The notes: generated by a model from the sequence alone, not told the origin. DNA of 64,000 nucleotides from an uncultured Planctomycetia bacterium (GCA_964430735.1 CAYSFB010000010.1:5239-69238); one strand, 5' to 3'. Positions 26,345-36,662 are shown, numbered from the stretch's first letter. Numbers and translations are program-made.

Positions 26345-27914
26345 CCGCACAAAGCTTTTTTTACTCCACCCGTTCCTGACGGCGCTCTACTTTCCGCTGA
26401 GTCTCTACTCCCGGAACACGACCGAGACCAGCATCGGCACGCTGGCCTGGACGGCCGCCGTGTGCCTGACTTGTACCGGCGTTATTTTTGGGCTCCTGGC
26501 GTTTTGGACTAAAAGGGCTGAGCGGGCCGCTGTGTGCGCCAGCATCTTCGTCTTCTTCTTCTTTATTTACGGTTATGTGTTCGCGTTTGCAAGACAATGG
26601 GCCGTCGACCCCTGGGTCATGAACTTCGAGCCGGTCCAGCGGCCGCATTTCCTTCGCTCCGCAATTATGGCCCTTCACGCCGCGCTTCTCATTCTGTATT
26701 TGGCCGGAGCTGCCCTGCTGATCCGCTGGACCTTCAAGCCCTTGCCCGGCAGCCCGCGCATAAACGGCTTGATGACCCTGGCATCCGCTTATCTGATCAT
26801 CGCCGCGCTTGCTGCGACCGGGGTCGACCTGCATCGCGCCTCGCGGCCGGTATCGGCCGGTGAGCCCGCGCCCAGTCAGACACAAACCATCTCAACTCCC
26901 GACTCGATACGCTACAAACCCGACGTCTATTACATCATCCTGGACGGCTATGCCCGCACCGATGTCCTGAAGGCGCTTTATAAATACGACAACTCCGAAT
27001 TTATCGGGTTTTTGGAGCGGTTGGGGTTTTATGTTCCCAAGAACAGTTATTCCAATTACTCCAGGACGCTTCCATCCCTGGCTTCATCACTCAATATGAA
27101 GCATTTGGGACTCACGGACTCTCAAGCCGGGGAGACCGGACAGCCCAAAGCAATCGCAGGCAGCCGCGAAGCCAAGGCGCACGACAAGAGATTCTTCGGA
27201 CTGATCCGCAACAACGAAGTGATGCGGCGGTTCAAGAGGCACGGATATCGAATCGTGAACCTCGCCTCCACCTGGTCAGCGACGATGAGTCTGCCCCAAG
27301 CGGACATCCGATACAAATACGGCCGGAGCTGGTTCAAAACGGAGTTTGACCAGGTCCTGTTCGGCACGAGCCTCTTCAAGGCGTTCGACATCGGGTTCAG
27401 GCAGGATCTGGCCAACTGGCATCTCTATAATTTTCACCAGATGCCGAAGCTGGCGGAACTCAAGTCACCGAAGTTCGTGTTCGCGCATTTTGTGCTTCCG
27501 CACAGCCCGTACGTGTTCGACCGGAACGGCAACGCCCTTAAGGAAGTCCGGTACGAGAACATGTGGGACAAGGAAACCAATGACTTTGCGAGCGCCCAAG
27601 CCTACCGCGATCAGCTGATCTTCACGTCCCGGAAGGCCGCCGAGATGATCGAGCAGATCCTCCGGCGCTCCAAAACGCCGCCGATCATTATCGTCCAGGC
27701 GGACCACGGCATGAACCTGGTCGTCAATTCCCCGTTCAAATTGGTCAAAACGGCCCGGCACGCCATTTTCAGCTCCTATTATTTTCCGGACGGCGACTAT
27801 TCGCGGTTGTACGATTCGATATCGCCCGTCAATACGTTCCGGGTCATCCTCAACCAATACTTCGGCGAAAACCTCGAACTCCTCCAGGACGCGAGTTACT
27901 ACACAGGCACCTAG
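26337..27914 (+). CDS. Sulfatase/LTA-synthase-family membrane protein (phosphoglycerol or phosphoethanolamine transferase-like)
   Basis: Five N-terminal TM helices. The extracytoplasmic alkaline-phosphatase-superfamily domain carries YYIILDGYARTD and HFVLPHSPYVFD. Confidence 0.65.
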   Translation: MNNRTKLFLLHPFLTALYFPLSLYSRNTTETSIGTLAWTAAVCLTCTGVIFGLLAFWTKRAERAAVCASIFVFFFFIYGYVFAFARQWAVDPWVMNFEPVQRPHFLRSAIMALHAALLILYLAGAALLIRWTFKPLPGSPRINGLMTLASAYLIIAALAATGVDLHRASRPVSAGEPAPSQTQTISTPDSIRYKPDVYYIILDGYARTDVLKALYKYDNSEFIGFLERLGFYVPKNSYSNYSRTLPSLASSLNMKHLGLTDSQAGETGQPKAIAGSREAKAHDKRFFGLIRNNEVMRRFKRHGYRIVNLASTWSATMSLPQADIRYKYGRSWFKTEFDQVLFGTSLFKAFDIGFRQDLANWHLYNFHQMPKLAELKSPKFVFAHFVLPHSPYVFDRNGNALKEVRYENMWDKETNDFASAQAYRDQLIFTSRKAAEMIEQILRRSKTPPIIIVQADHGMNLVVNSPFKLVKTARHAIFSSYYFPDGDYSRLYDSISPVNTFRVILNQYFGENLELLQDASYYTGT

Positions 27915-27963
27915 CGGCCGTCCTGGCTACTTCCCGTCCAGGTTGTGTTAGAATCATGGACTT

Positions 27964-29070
27964 ATGAAGGTTCCCTTCGTCGATCTAGCCGCCCAATACC
28001 GTTCGATCAAGCCCCAGGTCCAGACCGCCGTCAACGCGGTTCTCGACCGCTGCGACTTCATCCTCGGCAACGACGTTGCCGCGTTCGAAAAGGAATTCGC
28101 CGCCTGGGCCGGCGCGCCGCACATGGTCAGCTGCGCCAACGGAACCGACGCGCTCGTCCTGGCCCTTAAGGCTTGCGGCATCGGACCCGGCGACGAAGTC
28201 ATCACGACGCCTTACACCTGGATTTCCACCGTCCTGGCCGTCTCCCTCGCCGGCGCCAAGCCCGTCTTCGCCGACATCGACCCGGCCACCTACAACATCG
28301 ACCCGGCCCAGATCGCCAAGCGCATCACGCGCAAAACCAAGGCCATCCTGCCCGTCCATCTGTACGGCCAGTCCGCCGCGATGGACGGCATCGCCGACAT
28401 CGCCAAAAAGCACAAGCTCCTCATCATCGAAGACGCGGCGCAGTCGCACGGTTCCTATTGGCGCGGCATGCGTGTCGGACAGACGGGCGTGGCGACCTGC
28501 TACAGCTTCTATCCCGGCAAGAACATCGGCGCCTACGGCGACGCGGGCGGCGTGACGACGTCTGACGCGAAGATCGCGCGGAACCTGCGGATGCTGCGGA
28601 ATATGGGGCAGGAAGTGAAGCACAAGCACGAGGTGATCGGCACGAACAGCCGCCTCGACTCGCTGCAGGCGGCGGTGCTGCGGGTGAAGCTCAAACATTT
28701 GGAAGAGTGGACGGAAGCCCGGCGCAAGGCGGCCCAGCGCTATCACCGGATGCTCAAGGACGTGAATCCGGCTGTGGCGCCCAAAGAAGCCGACGGGGTC
28801 CGCCACGTATTCCACGTCTATGCGGTTCAAGTCCCCCGCCGCGATGCGGTGTTGAAAAAGTTGAATGCCGACGGCGTGTCGGCCCAGGTGCACTATCCGA
28901 CCCCGGTCCACCTGCAGCCCTGCTACAAATCCCTCGGCTACAAGCGCGGCGCGTTTCCCGTGGCGGAGCGGGTCTGTTCCCGCATCCTTTCCCTGCCGAT
29001 GTACCCCGAGATCACCGAAGCCCAGCAGGCTTATGTGGTCGACAAGCTCAAAGAAGCCCTAAAAAAATAA
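27964..29070 (+). CDS. DegT/DnrJ/EryC1/StrS-family sugar aminotransferase, copy 2
   Basis: 368 aa. The N-terminus (FVDLAAQYRSIKPQV...NGTDAL) and the rest are typical of WbpE/ArnB-like enzymes. Confidence 0.85.
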   Translation: MKVPFVDLAAQYRSIKPQVQTAVNAVLDRCDFILGNDVAAFEKEFAAWAGAPHMVSCANGTDALVLALKACGIGPGDEVITTPYTWISTVLAVSLAGAKPVFADIDPATYNIDPAQIAKRITRKTKAILPVHLYGQSAAMDGIADIAKKHKLLIIEDAAQSHGSYWRGMRVGQTGVATCYSFYPGKNIGAYGDAGGVTTSDAKIARNLRMLRNMGQEVKHKHEVIGTNSRLDSLQAAVLRVKLKHLEEWTEARRKAAQRYHRMLKDVNPAVAPKEADGVRHVFHVYAVQVPRRDAVLKKLNADGVSAQVHYPTPVHLQPCYKSLGYKRGAFPVAERVCSRILSLPMYPEITEAQQAYVVDKLKEALKK

Positions 29071-29100
29071 CTCCCGCTCCTTCGTCCTGACCCGACTCGC

Positions 29101-30990
29101 CTATCCGTTCAGCCAGTTCTCCCGCCATTTTTCGAACACATAAAGCGTCCAGAGTTGTTTGCGGTTGTCGCGCTTGCCGGCCAGATGCTGGGCCAGAAGC
29201 GCCGACACAGCGTCGGGGTTGAAGAACCCGGCCTTGCGGATCCGCTCGGGCGCGAGCGCCGTCTCGAACTCGCCGCGCAGGTCCTGACGGATCCAATGCG
29301 CGATCGGGATGCCGAAGCCCTTCTTGGGCCTGTCCATGATCTCGCCCGGAATGCGGCCGGCGATCATCTTCTTAAAAAAGTACTTGGGCTGGCCGTTGCC
29401 GAACCGGATATTGGCCGGGATCCGGCGCACCGTTCCCACCAGCCGGTCGTCCAGGAGCGGTGACCGCGCCTCGAGCGAATGAGCCATGCTCGCCCGGTCC
29501 GTTTTGACCAGGATGTCCCCTTCCAGATAGAACCGGAAATAAAACTCCTGCAAGTCGTCGCGCGCGTCCGCGGGCGCGTCTCCCAGCACGTCGTCGATCC
29601 CCCGGTACACGCCGGCAGCGTCCGCCGCCAGATCCGGCGACAGCAGCGTCCCCAATTCCGTGTCCGCAAACGCGCCGAGCCACACCTGGCTGCGGATCCG
29701 CGCCGGATACCCCAGCCCCTTGGTGAACTGCTTGGCCTTGAAGTCCAGGCTCAGATTGTCCATCGACACGGGCAGCGCCTGCGCGGCACGCGCGAGCATC
29801 CCTTTGCTCCACGGCGCCCAGCGGTCGATGTGCCCGGCCATCCGCGCGGCCGCGAACGTCGGGTACCCGCCAAAAAGCTCGTCCCCTCCGTCGCCGCCGA
29901 GCGCGACGGTCACGGACTTGCGCACCAGCCTCGACAGCAGAAAGGTCGGGATGAACGAAGCGTCCGCCATCGGTTCGTCCAGATGCGCCAGGATCTGCCG
30001 GTGCTCCCGGACCATCGCGCCGAGCGTGAGCTTTTCTTCGACGTGTTCGGTGCTGAAGAATTCGGCCGCGCGGCGTGCGTGCGCAGACTCGTCGAACGAA
30101 GCCTCTTCGAACCCGATCGTAAACGTTTTGATTTTGCGGCCCGGGTCCAGCGCCCGCATCTCCGCCAGCACCGCGGTCGAATCGAGCCCGCCGCTCAAAA
30201 AAACCCCGAGCGGGACGTCGCTCACCAGCCGTTTTTTGACCGCGTCGCGGAAAAGTTCCTGAGCCTCGGCCAGCCAGCCGGCTTCAGTCTTGGCGAAGAC
30301 GGCCGGACCGTAGGGCCGTGTGTACCGGAACACGCGCGTCCCCGAGGCCGAGACTTCGATCGCCGTCCCCCCGCGCAGCTTGCGCACGCCGGCCCAGATC
30401 GTGTCCGGCGCCGGCACGTATTCGAACGCGAGGTATTTGACGATCGAACGTCGGTCCGGTTCGCGCGAAACGGCCGGATGCTGCAGAAGCGCCCCGGGTT
30501 CGGATGCAAAAATAAATCCGCCCGCGGCGTTCGTGTAATAAAAAGGCTTCTTGCCGAAAGCGTCGACGGCGGCCGTCAGCACGCGGCGCTCCCGGTCCCA
30601 GACCGCGAACGCGAACATCCCCTCCAATTCCGACAGGCAGGCCGCGCCCTTTTCCTCGAACAGCTGGAGCAGACTCTCGGTGTCGGAGCGGGTCTTAAAT
30701 TTGCGGCCGCGCGACTCGAGTCTTTGGCGGATTTCCTTGAAGTTGTAGATCTCGCCGTTGAAGACGATTGTGTATCGGCCGTCGGCGCTGGTCATCGGCT
30801 GGGCGCCGTGCTCGAGGTCAATGATCTTGAGCCGGCGGTGGCCGAGCCCCAGGCCCGATGCGGCGTCTTCAAAATAGCCTTCGGAGTCGGGGCCCCGGTG
30901 GACGAGCGCGCGGGTGATTTTTTTAAGCAGTCCGGACGGATCGGCGGGCGGGCGGGCGGCGGGATAAAAAAATCCGGCGATGCCGCACAT
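29101..30990 (-). CDS. Asparagine synthase (glutamine-hydrolysing) family amidotransferase, copy 2
   Basis: MCGIAGFF at the N-terminus. The protein is 629 aa and paralogous to 14173..16029. Confidence 0.85.
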   Translation of the reverse strand: MCGIAGFFYPAARPPADPSGLLKKITRALVHRGPDSEGYFEDAASGLGLGHRRLKIIDLEHGAQPMTSADGRYTIVFNGEIYNFKEIRQRLESRGRKFKTRSDTESLLQLFEEKGAACLSELEGMFAFAVWDRERRVLTAAVDAFGKKPFYYTNAAGGFIFASEPGALLQHPAVSREPDRRSIVKYLAFEYVPAPDTIWAGVRKLRGGTAIEVSASGTRVFRYTRPYGPAVFAKTEAGWLAEAQELFRDAVKKRLVSDVPLGVFLSGGLDSTAVLAEMRALDPGRKIKTFTIGFEEASFDESAHARRAAEFFSTEHVEEKLTLGAMVREHRQILAHLDEPMADASFIPTFLLSRLVRKSVTVALGGDGGDELFGGYPTFAAARMAGHIDRWAPWSKGMLARAAQALPVSMDNLSLDFKAKQFTKGLGYPARIRSQVWLGAFADTELGTLLSPDLAADAAGVYRGIDDVLGDAPADARDDLQEFYFRFYLEGDILVKTDRASMAHSLEARSPLLDDRLVGTVRRIPANIRFGNGQPKYFFKKMIAGRIPGEIMDRPKKGFGIPIAHWIRQDLRGEFETALAPERIRKAGFFNPDAVSALLAQHLAGKRDNRKQLWTLYVFEKWRENWLNG

Positions 30991-30992
30991 CG

Positions 30993-32780
30993 TCAGAAGC
31001 GCCGTTTCTTGGGACGGTAGATCTTGAAGTTGCCGATCGTGCGGTCGAGGTAGTAGTGGCGGTTCAAAAGCGCGAACCCGGCGCCGCTGTTCTGGGGGTT
31101 GAGACCCAAAAGCGACAGCCGGTCGACCACCGCGATGTCGAGCGCGCCGGAGGCGAAGAACTGGTCGAGCATCGGCAGATCTTTTGCGATCAGGATGTCG
31201 CGCAGCATCATGAACCGGAGACCGCCGATTTTTTCACGCCGTTCCAGATAGTACTGAAGGTCGTTCCGCATCGCGACGGCGGTGCCGGGCCGGGCGATCG
31301 CCGCCAGGTACTTCACCGTTTCCAGGTGTCCCGATTCCCCGTAATTCATCCACGACTCGGCCGTCGTGTATTCGCCGGTCTGGTTCAGGTTCAGCGCCGC
31401 GTTCACCGGGAAGCAGAACAGCAGGGACGCGGCGAGGAGCGCCTCCAGGAATTTAAGCCGGCCCGCGACCCAAAAAATGACCGCCGCGCCCGCGGCCGCC
31501 GCCAGCGGACGGTAATACGCGTTGAGAAAAATCTTGTAGCGCGGAGCGTACGGCTGATCCCATTGAAGCAGCAGGTAGTCTCCGACCCGGAAGTAATACC
31601 ACAGCACCGCGGCCGTGACGGCCGCGAGCAGCGGGACGATCCACCAGGCGTCCCGGAGCGCGGCGGCGATGTCCTCGGCGCGGCTGCGGAACACGGCGAC
31701 GCAGCCGCAGAGGATGGCCGCGATGAACAACGGGTACACCGGGTGCTGGTACTTCATCATGTCGATCGATCCCTTGACCAGCAGGTACGGGATCCAGACG
31801 GCGAACGCGGTCATCCACAGCATGTCTTCCGGACGCGTCTTCCGGACCTGGAGGAATTCGACGAACCGCCGCAGGGCCGTCACCGACATCAGCACGAAGA
31901 ACGGAACGGACATCCAGTACACCGGCCAGCGCAGAATGCGGTCCATGTTCGCAAAAACCCTTCCGAGGAACTCGGCGTTGACCGCGCGGGGGGTTTTTTT
32001 GAACAGCGTGTATTTGAGGAACACCATCACGTCGGTGCCGGTGCACACGCAATAAATCCACCAGACGCCCCAGGCCGCGATCGTCGCCGGAATAAAAACC
32101 GCGACGACGTCCTGAAGAAGCTTTTTCCACTGCCAGCCCGCGATCCGGTAGGCGAAGATGCCGCCGAAGATCAGGAACGGCGTGATTTCCTTGCTCAAAA
32201 AGACGAGCGCGAGCGCAAACGCCTGACCCAGCCGCATCGGCCATTGCCGCACGCCGTCGCGCATTTCCATCCGGACAAAAAAGTACGCGAACATGAGCGT
32301 AAAAAACGCGGTTCCCGTCGTGTCGGCGTCGAGCTCCATCGAATGCTGGAGCAGCAGCGGATTGACCGCATACAGCAGAACGCCCGTATAGGACGCGACG
32401 CGACGCAGCAGCGGGTCTTCGCTCCTGAGCAATTCCTCGACGATCCACTTGAAAAAAACGCCGCCCAGGACAAACAGGAGCAATCCGAACGCGCGGGCAG
32501 GGACTTCCGACTCTCCGAAGAGGCGGAAGATCCCCGCCATCGTGTATTCGTACAGCGGCGGATGCGCGATGTAGTGGGAGCCGTCCAAAAAGGTCTTGGG
32601 TCCCTTTTCGAGGATAAAGTGGGCGCGCAGGGAGATTTCTGTCTCGTCGAGGGTGAAGGGCTTGGTCAGCGCCGGGATCGCGGCCAGGACGGCGGTCATG
32701 ACGAGGCCGGCCGCGAGCAGGACGGCTGCGAGCCGGTTGGCGGGATGAATTTTGAGTTCTACGGCCGACAGGGGCTTCAT
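30993..32780 (-). CDS. ArnT/PMT-like GT-C membrane glycosyltransferase
   Basis: 595 aa multi-pass. Loop 1 reads FTLDETEISLRAHFILEKG, an ArnT-like DE motif. It lies directly downstream of a DPM1-like GT2. Confidence 0.55.
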   Translation of the reverse strand: MKPLSAVELKIHPANRLAAVLLAAGLVMTAVLAAIPALTKPFTLDETEISLRAHFILEKGPKTFLDGSHYIAHPPLYEYTMAGIFRLFGESEVPARAFGLLLFVLGGVFFKWIVEELLRSEDPLLRRVASYTGVLLYAVNPLLLQHSMELDADTTGTAFFTLMFAYFFVRMEMRDGVRQWPMRLGQAFALALVFLSKEITPFLIFGGIFAYRIAGWQWKKLLQDVVAVFIPATIAAWGVWWIYCVCTGTDVMVFLKYTLFKKTPRAVNAEFLGRVFANMDRILRWPVYWMSVPFFVLMSVTALRRFVEFLQVRKTRPEDMLWMTAFAVWIPYLLVKGSIDMMKYQHPVYPLFIAAILCGCVAVFRSRAEDIAAALRDAWWIVPLLAAVTAAVLWYYFRVGDYLLLQWDQPYAPRYKIFLNAYYRPLAAAAGAAVIFWVAGRLKFLEALLAASLLFCFPVNAALNLNQTGEYTTAESWMNYGESGHLETVKYLAAIARPGTAVAMRNDLQYYLERREKIGGLRFMMLRDILIAKDLPMLDQFFASGALDIAVVDRLSLLGLNPQNSGAGFALLNRHYYLDRTIGNFKIYRPKKRRF

Positions 32781-33460
32781 GTGCGGAACGCCAGCCGCCT
32801 CAACTGGGAAAAAAACTGACCGATCACCTTGCCCTCCAGCTTGCTCGTTCCGCGCGAACGGTCCTTGAACACGTACGGAACCTCGCGGATCTTTCCTTCA
32901 TGGCGCGCCCGCACAAAAACCTCCAGGCCGATCTTGAACCCTTCCGGCGTCAGCGTCACGCCGTCCATCGCCGCGCGGCGCACCATGAAAAAACCGCTGG
33001 TCGAATCGCGGACCGGCGTCACGAGGTTCGCCGCCAGACAGGCCGCGCGGGACGCGGCGCGGCGGAGAAACGGCCAGTTTTTCACGCCGCCGCCTTTGAC
33101 GTAACGGCTTCCGACGGCGATGACCGCTCCCCCGCGGATCGCCTCCGCCAGCAGCGGCAGGGCTTCGGCGGGATGGCTCAAATCCGCGTCCATGACGCAC
33201 AAAATGTCGCCCTTCGCCTCGCGGAATCCGTCCATGACCGCCGGCGCAAGGCCGCGCGGCTTCCCCTTGCGGTTCACGGCCCGGATCTTCGGGATTTCCA
33301 GACTCGTGACGAGCCTGGCGGTTCCGTCGGGAGAATCGTCGTCCATGACGATCACCTCGTAGTCCGAGATCGCCGCGTGCGCGAACACCCGGTCGATCGC
33401 CGAGAGAAGTTCCGGCATGTTGCCGGACTCGTTGTAGGTCGGGATGATGACGGAAATCAC
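32777..33460 (-). CDS. GT2 polyprenyl-phosphate sugar synthase (DPM1-like)
   Basis: ISVIIPTYNESGNMPEL...VIVMDDDSPDGT...CVMDADLSHP. Its stop overlaps the GT-C start (ATGA-type coupling). Confidence 0.8.
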   Translation of the reverse strand: MISVIIPTYNESGNMPELLSAIDRVFAHAAISDYEVIVMDDDSPDGTARLVTSLEIPKIRAVNRKGKPRGLAPAVMDGFREAKGDILCVMDADLSHPAEALPLLAEAIRGGAVIAVGSRYVKGGGVKNWPFLRRAASRAACLAANLVTPVRDSTSGFFMVRRAAMDGVTLTPEGFKIGLEVFVRARHEGKIREVPYVFKDRSRGTSKLEGKVIGQFFSQLRRLAFRT

Positions 33461-33479
33461 AGGGCTGTATTATACAGAA

Positions 33480-34970
33480 CTAGCCGTCCGTCCGGACCGG
33501 CACGTAGAAAAAGAGGCGCTGATTGACGGTTCCCGGGATGGCGATATTCCCGACGAGCCGGTAATGGGCGCGGAGTTCGGCGATGAACTCGGGCGTGAAG
33601 TTCCGGTCGGCCTTGATGGCCTTGAACCAGAAGTACGTGACGACCAGCCGGATCCGGCCGGAGCGCAGGTCTTCGAGGATGGGTGTCTGGTCCCATACCC
33701 CGCTGTAGGCGGCCTGGGCCATCGGAAACGGCTCAAAATAAACCGGCCGGCCGTTGGCCACGAGCAGCGTCATGTCCCAGCTGATGATCGGATCCGGAAA
33801 CTGCCGGATCACGGCCGAGAGTTTGTCATAAAAAGCTTTTTGCTCCGCGCGGACGGCGCGGACTTTCTCCGGAGAAAAATCCCGGATGCCGCTTCCCAGG
33901 ACGGACTGCGCGGCAATGCCGGCTGCGGCCACCAGCCCGATCAACGGCTTGAAGCGCTCCGGGCCGGAAACGCCCCACAGCCGCCCGGCCGCCAGCGTCG
34001 ATGCGGCCATGAAAGGCAGCATGTAATTGGTGTCCGACCCCTGCTTGCCCAGCGAGACGGTCATAAGCGCCGTAAAAACGAGGTAGAGATTGGGAAGGCT
34101 TGTGCCGGACGTCCCGCGCCAAAGCGCCGGCAAAGCCAGCGAAACGGCCGCGGCGATGACGTTGAACGGCTGGGACAGGAATGTATCGCGCCAATAATCG
34201 GCGATGAAACGCAGGAAGAAGATCCGCCGTCCGATCTCGTGCGTCGTATGAAAATAATACTGCCCTCCGGTCGCGAGGTTGAGCGCCGCATAAATCGCGA
34301 CCACCGCCCCTCCGGCGGCCAGCGCAAACCACGCCAAATCCTTCCAACGGCGGGTCCAGAGCAGATGAACCGCCCATGCAGCGGCGGCGGCGATCGCCGA
34401 CGATTTGGTGAACACCGCGGCGACGGCCAAAGCCGAGCCGATCCAAAAAAACTGCCGCTTCGCATATCCGGACGCCACATACGCGCCGAACGCCCAAAGC
34501 GCCGCCAGCTCCAAAGCGACCGCCGTCATATCGACATTGACCTGGGCCCCCCAGCGCTCGACAAACGGAAGCGTCAGAAAAAAGCATCCCGTCCCGAACG
34601 CGATCACCCTGGAGGATGTCATCCGGAGCAGGATGAGGCCGATCCAAACGGCCGACGCCGCCGACGCCGCCAGGCAAATGATCCTGCCGCCGGCCATCGG
34701 CAAATCAAAAAAAGACTGAACGGCGGCCGACAGGACAAGATAGACCGGTCCGTACGGCACGACGCTGAACGGCGGCTGGGAGAGGTCGTGATACGGCCAA
34801 ATGCCCAGGCCGGTCAATCGGATGGATTGGGCCAGCGCAGGTTCGCCGAGATTGGTGAGATAGGGATAGCTGATCTTAAAAGCCGCCCGTATCAAAAATG
34901 CGGCCGCACCGGTTGCCGCGCATGCCGCCGCGGCGATCCCGATCCATGAACGTAAAATCCGGATGATCAT
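33480..34970 (-). CDS. Polytopic membrane protein, putative GT-C/DUF2029-like glycosyltransferase; paralog of 42406..43878
   Basis: 496 aa. Its C-terminal soluble region (...LLVANGRPVYFEPFPMAQAAYSGVWDQTPILEDL...HYRLV) aligns with the C-terminus of the plus-strand gene at 42406. Confidence 0.45.
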   Translation of the reverse strand: MIIRILRSWIGIAAAACAATGAAAFLIRAAFKISYPYLTNLGEPALAQSIRLTGLGIWPYHDLSQPPFSVVPYGPVYLVLSAAVQSFFDLPMAGGRIICLAASAASAVWIGLILLRMTSSRVIAFGTGCFFLTLPFVERWGAQVNVDMTAVALELAALWAFGAYVASGYAKRQFFWIGSALAVAAVFTKSSAIAAAAAWAVHLLWTRRWKDLAWFALAAGGAVVAIYAALNLATGGQYYFHTTHEIGRRIFFLRFIADYWRDTFLSQPFNVIAAAVSLALPALWRGTSGTSLPNLYLVFTALMTVSLGKQGSDTNYMLPFMAASTLAAGRLWGVSGPERFKPLIGLVAAAGIAAQSVLGSGIRDFSPEKVRAVRAEQKAFYDKLSAVIRQFPDPIISWDMTLLVANGRPVYFEPFPMAQAAYSGVWDQTPILEDLRSGRIRLVVTYFWFKAIKADRNFTPEFIAELRAHYRLVGNIAIPGTVNQRLFFYVPVRTDG

Positions 34971-36652
34971 TGGACGGAATAAATATCAAAAATGGGCGGA
35001 ATCCGGGGATCCTTGGGAACCGGCCTGAAGACCGGTGGCAGGGGCTTGAGCGGCCGGAGGATGCCGGGTCTCTCGACACGATAATATTCTTTGAAGATCT
35101 GCGGGTTGTAGAGCGCCGTCGCCAGGTCGACGAACAGGTACCGGATTTTTTCGCGGCGAGTCCATTCGATCAGATCGTCCATGCTGTCGAGCTTGGGCCA
35201 TCCTTTGTAGTTCCCGCCGGAAAGAGCCTCAAAGTAAAACAGGTAGCTCGCGAACAACTCGCTGACGAGCACCTTTTCGCCGGGCTTCGTGACCGTCTGG
35301 GACCAGGCCAGCTGGAGCTTGAACGCGGATGGAAATTCGAACGATTTGCGGACGTCTTTGCGAATCCAATCGCCGCTGTGGAGGCCCAGCCCCGCGATCA
35401 AAATTCCCGACGCAACGGCTGCGGCCAAGTTTCCGCGGCCGGTCAGCTGCGGCAGACGGGACCACAGAACCCTGACGCCGGCGACCGCGTACACCGGGAC
35501 CAGGATCAGCACCGGATAGAGAAGCCGGGTCGGAGGGCTGTTGGGAAAAATCTTCGAATACCACGCCACGAACACCGCGAAGATCGCCCACAGCGCGAGC
35601 GTCGGGACCGCTGCCGCATGCCGACGGTTCGCCCACCATCCCGCACCGGCCAAAAACACGAGCGCGGCCGCCCAGACCTCCTGCCACGCGGCGGTCCGGT
35701 GATAAAACCCGCTTAAAAAATCAGGTTCCATCGGACGCCAGAACGGCAGGGGCTTGAGGCCGTCGGCGATCATCGCCGGATTCCGCCGGACCAGGCCTTC
35801 CCAGAAGGTCTGCAGCATCTGCGCCGGCGAATGCGTGCTCAGGTAATTGGCCAGCGTGAACCGCCCTTCGGCCGCGCGCTCGTAAGAGAATTCCTCCCAG
35901 CGGTCGATCCACAGCACGCCGCTCGAATCGCTGTACAACGGCGATCCATAGACCACCTGGTTCCGGATCAAGAGCGGCAGCACCGTCAGAACGAACACGA
36001 CCCAGAATCCCCAGAATGCGCGCGAACGGAAAAGTTCCCGGATGTTCCGCCGATTCCACCACAGCACGCTCACGGCGAACACCGGCAGCAGCAGAATCCC
36101 GATGCTCTTCGCCAAAAACGCGAGGCCCGCGAAAAGCCCCGCCGCAATCCATCGGCGGCGGTCGTCCCGGCCCGTGGCAAGCGCCCACCAAAACGCGATG
36201 CAAAAAACCCCGAGCAGCCCCTCGCACGCCACCGTGGTCACCAGCGTCAGGAATCCCGCGCTCATGACCCAGAGCCACGCGGCTCCGCCCGCGGCGGCGG
36301 TTCCGAACATCCGCTTCACCGCAGCAAAATACACGGCGAGGAACGCAAACCCGATCGCATAACTCACGAGCTTGGCAGTGACGAAGAATTGGATGTCCCT
36401 TGCCGCGAACGGGGAGATGAGAAGAAGGTAGAGCGGGTGCTGGGTGGCTTCGGTGTAGACACCGCGCAACAGGTTCGGAAGGTGCATGAGGACGCCGCCC
36501 GTCTCGCGGATCTGGAGCGCCGCCGAGAGGTAGGACGTGGTGTCCATTTCGGCGGGCTGGGTGTGCGAGAGAACCGCGCACCATCCCGCGAGAGCGTAGG
36601 CGGCTAACGCGGATAGAAAAAGCAGCAAAGTCCAACCGCGGCGGATGCTCAA
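34967..36652 (-). CDS. ArnT/PMT-like GT-C membrane glycosyltransferase
   Basis: 561 aa. Loop 1 (TQPAEMDTTSYLSAALQIRETGG) patterns like the ArnT PDETRYAEISREM loop. It overlaps the next gene by 4 nt. Confidence 0.55.
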   Translation of the reverse strand: MSIRRGWTLLLFLSALAAYALAGWCAVLSHTQPAEMDTTSYLSAALQIRETGGVLMHLPNLLRGVYTEATQHPLYLLLISPFAARDIQFFVTAKLVSYAIGFAFLAVYFAAVKRMFGTAAAGGAAWLWVMSAGFLTLVTTVACEGLLGVFCIAFWWALATGRDDRRRWIAAGLFAGLAFLAKSIGILLLPVFAVSVLWWNRRNIRELFRSRAFWGFWVVFVLTVLPLLIRNQVVYGSPLYSDSSGVLWIDRWEEFSYERAAEGRFTLANYLSTHSPAQMLQTFWEGLVRRNPAMIADGLKPLPFWRPMEPDFLSGFYHRTAAWQEVWAAALVFLAGAGWWANRRHAAAVPTLALWAIFAVFVAWYSKIFPNSPPTRLLYPVLILVPVYAVAGVRVLWSRLPQLTGRGNLAAAVASGILIAGLGLHSGDWIRKDVRKSFEFPSAFKLQLAWSQTVTKPGEKVLVSELFASYLFYFEALSGGNYKGWPKLDSMDDLIEWTRREKIRYLFVDLATALYNPQIFKEYYRVERPGILRPLKPLPPVFRPVPKDPRIPPIFDIYSVQ

Positions 36653-36662
36653 TCAGCGCCCT

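Noticed and set aside
29071-29100. Possible bidirectional intrinsic terminator between convergent DegT (+) and AsnB (-)
   Set aside because: The 30-nt spacer (CTCCCGCTCCTTCGTCCTGACCCGACTCGC) has no stable inverted repeat or T-tract. The same holds at 44863-44894, where the convergent genes overlap.
29479-32819. Very long plus-strand ORFs (513 aa and 587 aa) rich in Arg, Pro, Gly, Asp, Glu
   Set aside because: They lie exactly antisense to the AsnB copy 2 and the GT-C gene 30993..32780. They have no recognisable motifs. They are GC-rich antisense artefacts. The same applies to 2017..2868 +, 20684..21622 +, 27985..28911 -, 33444..34949 +, 51860..53977 + and 52365..54287 -.
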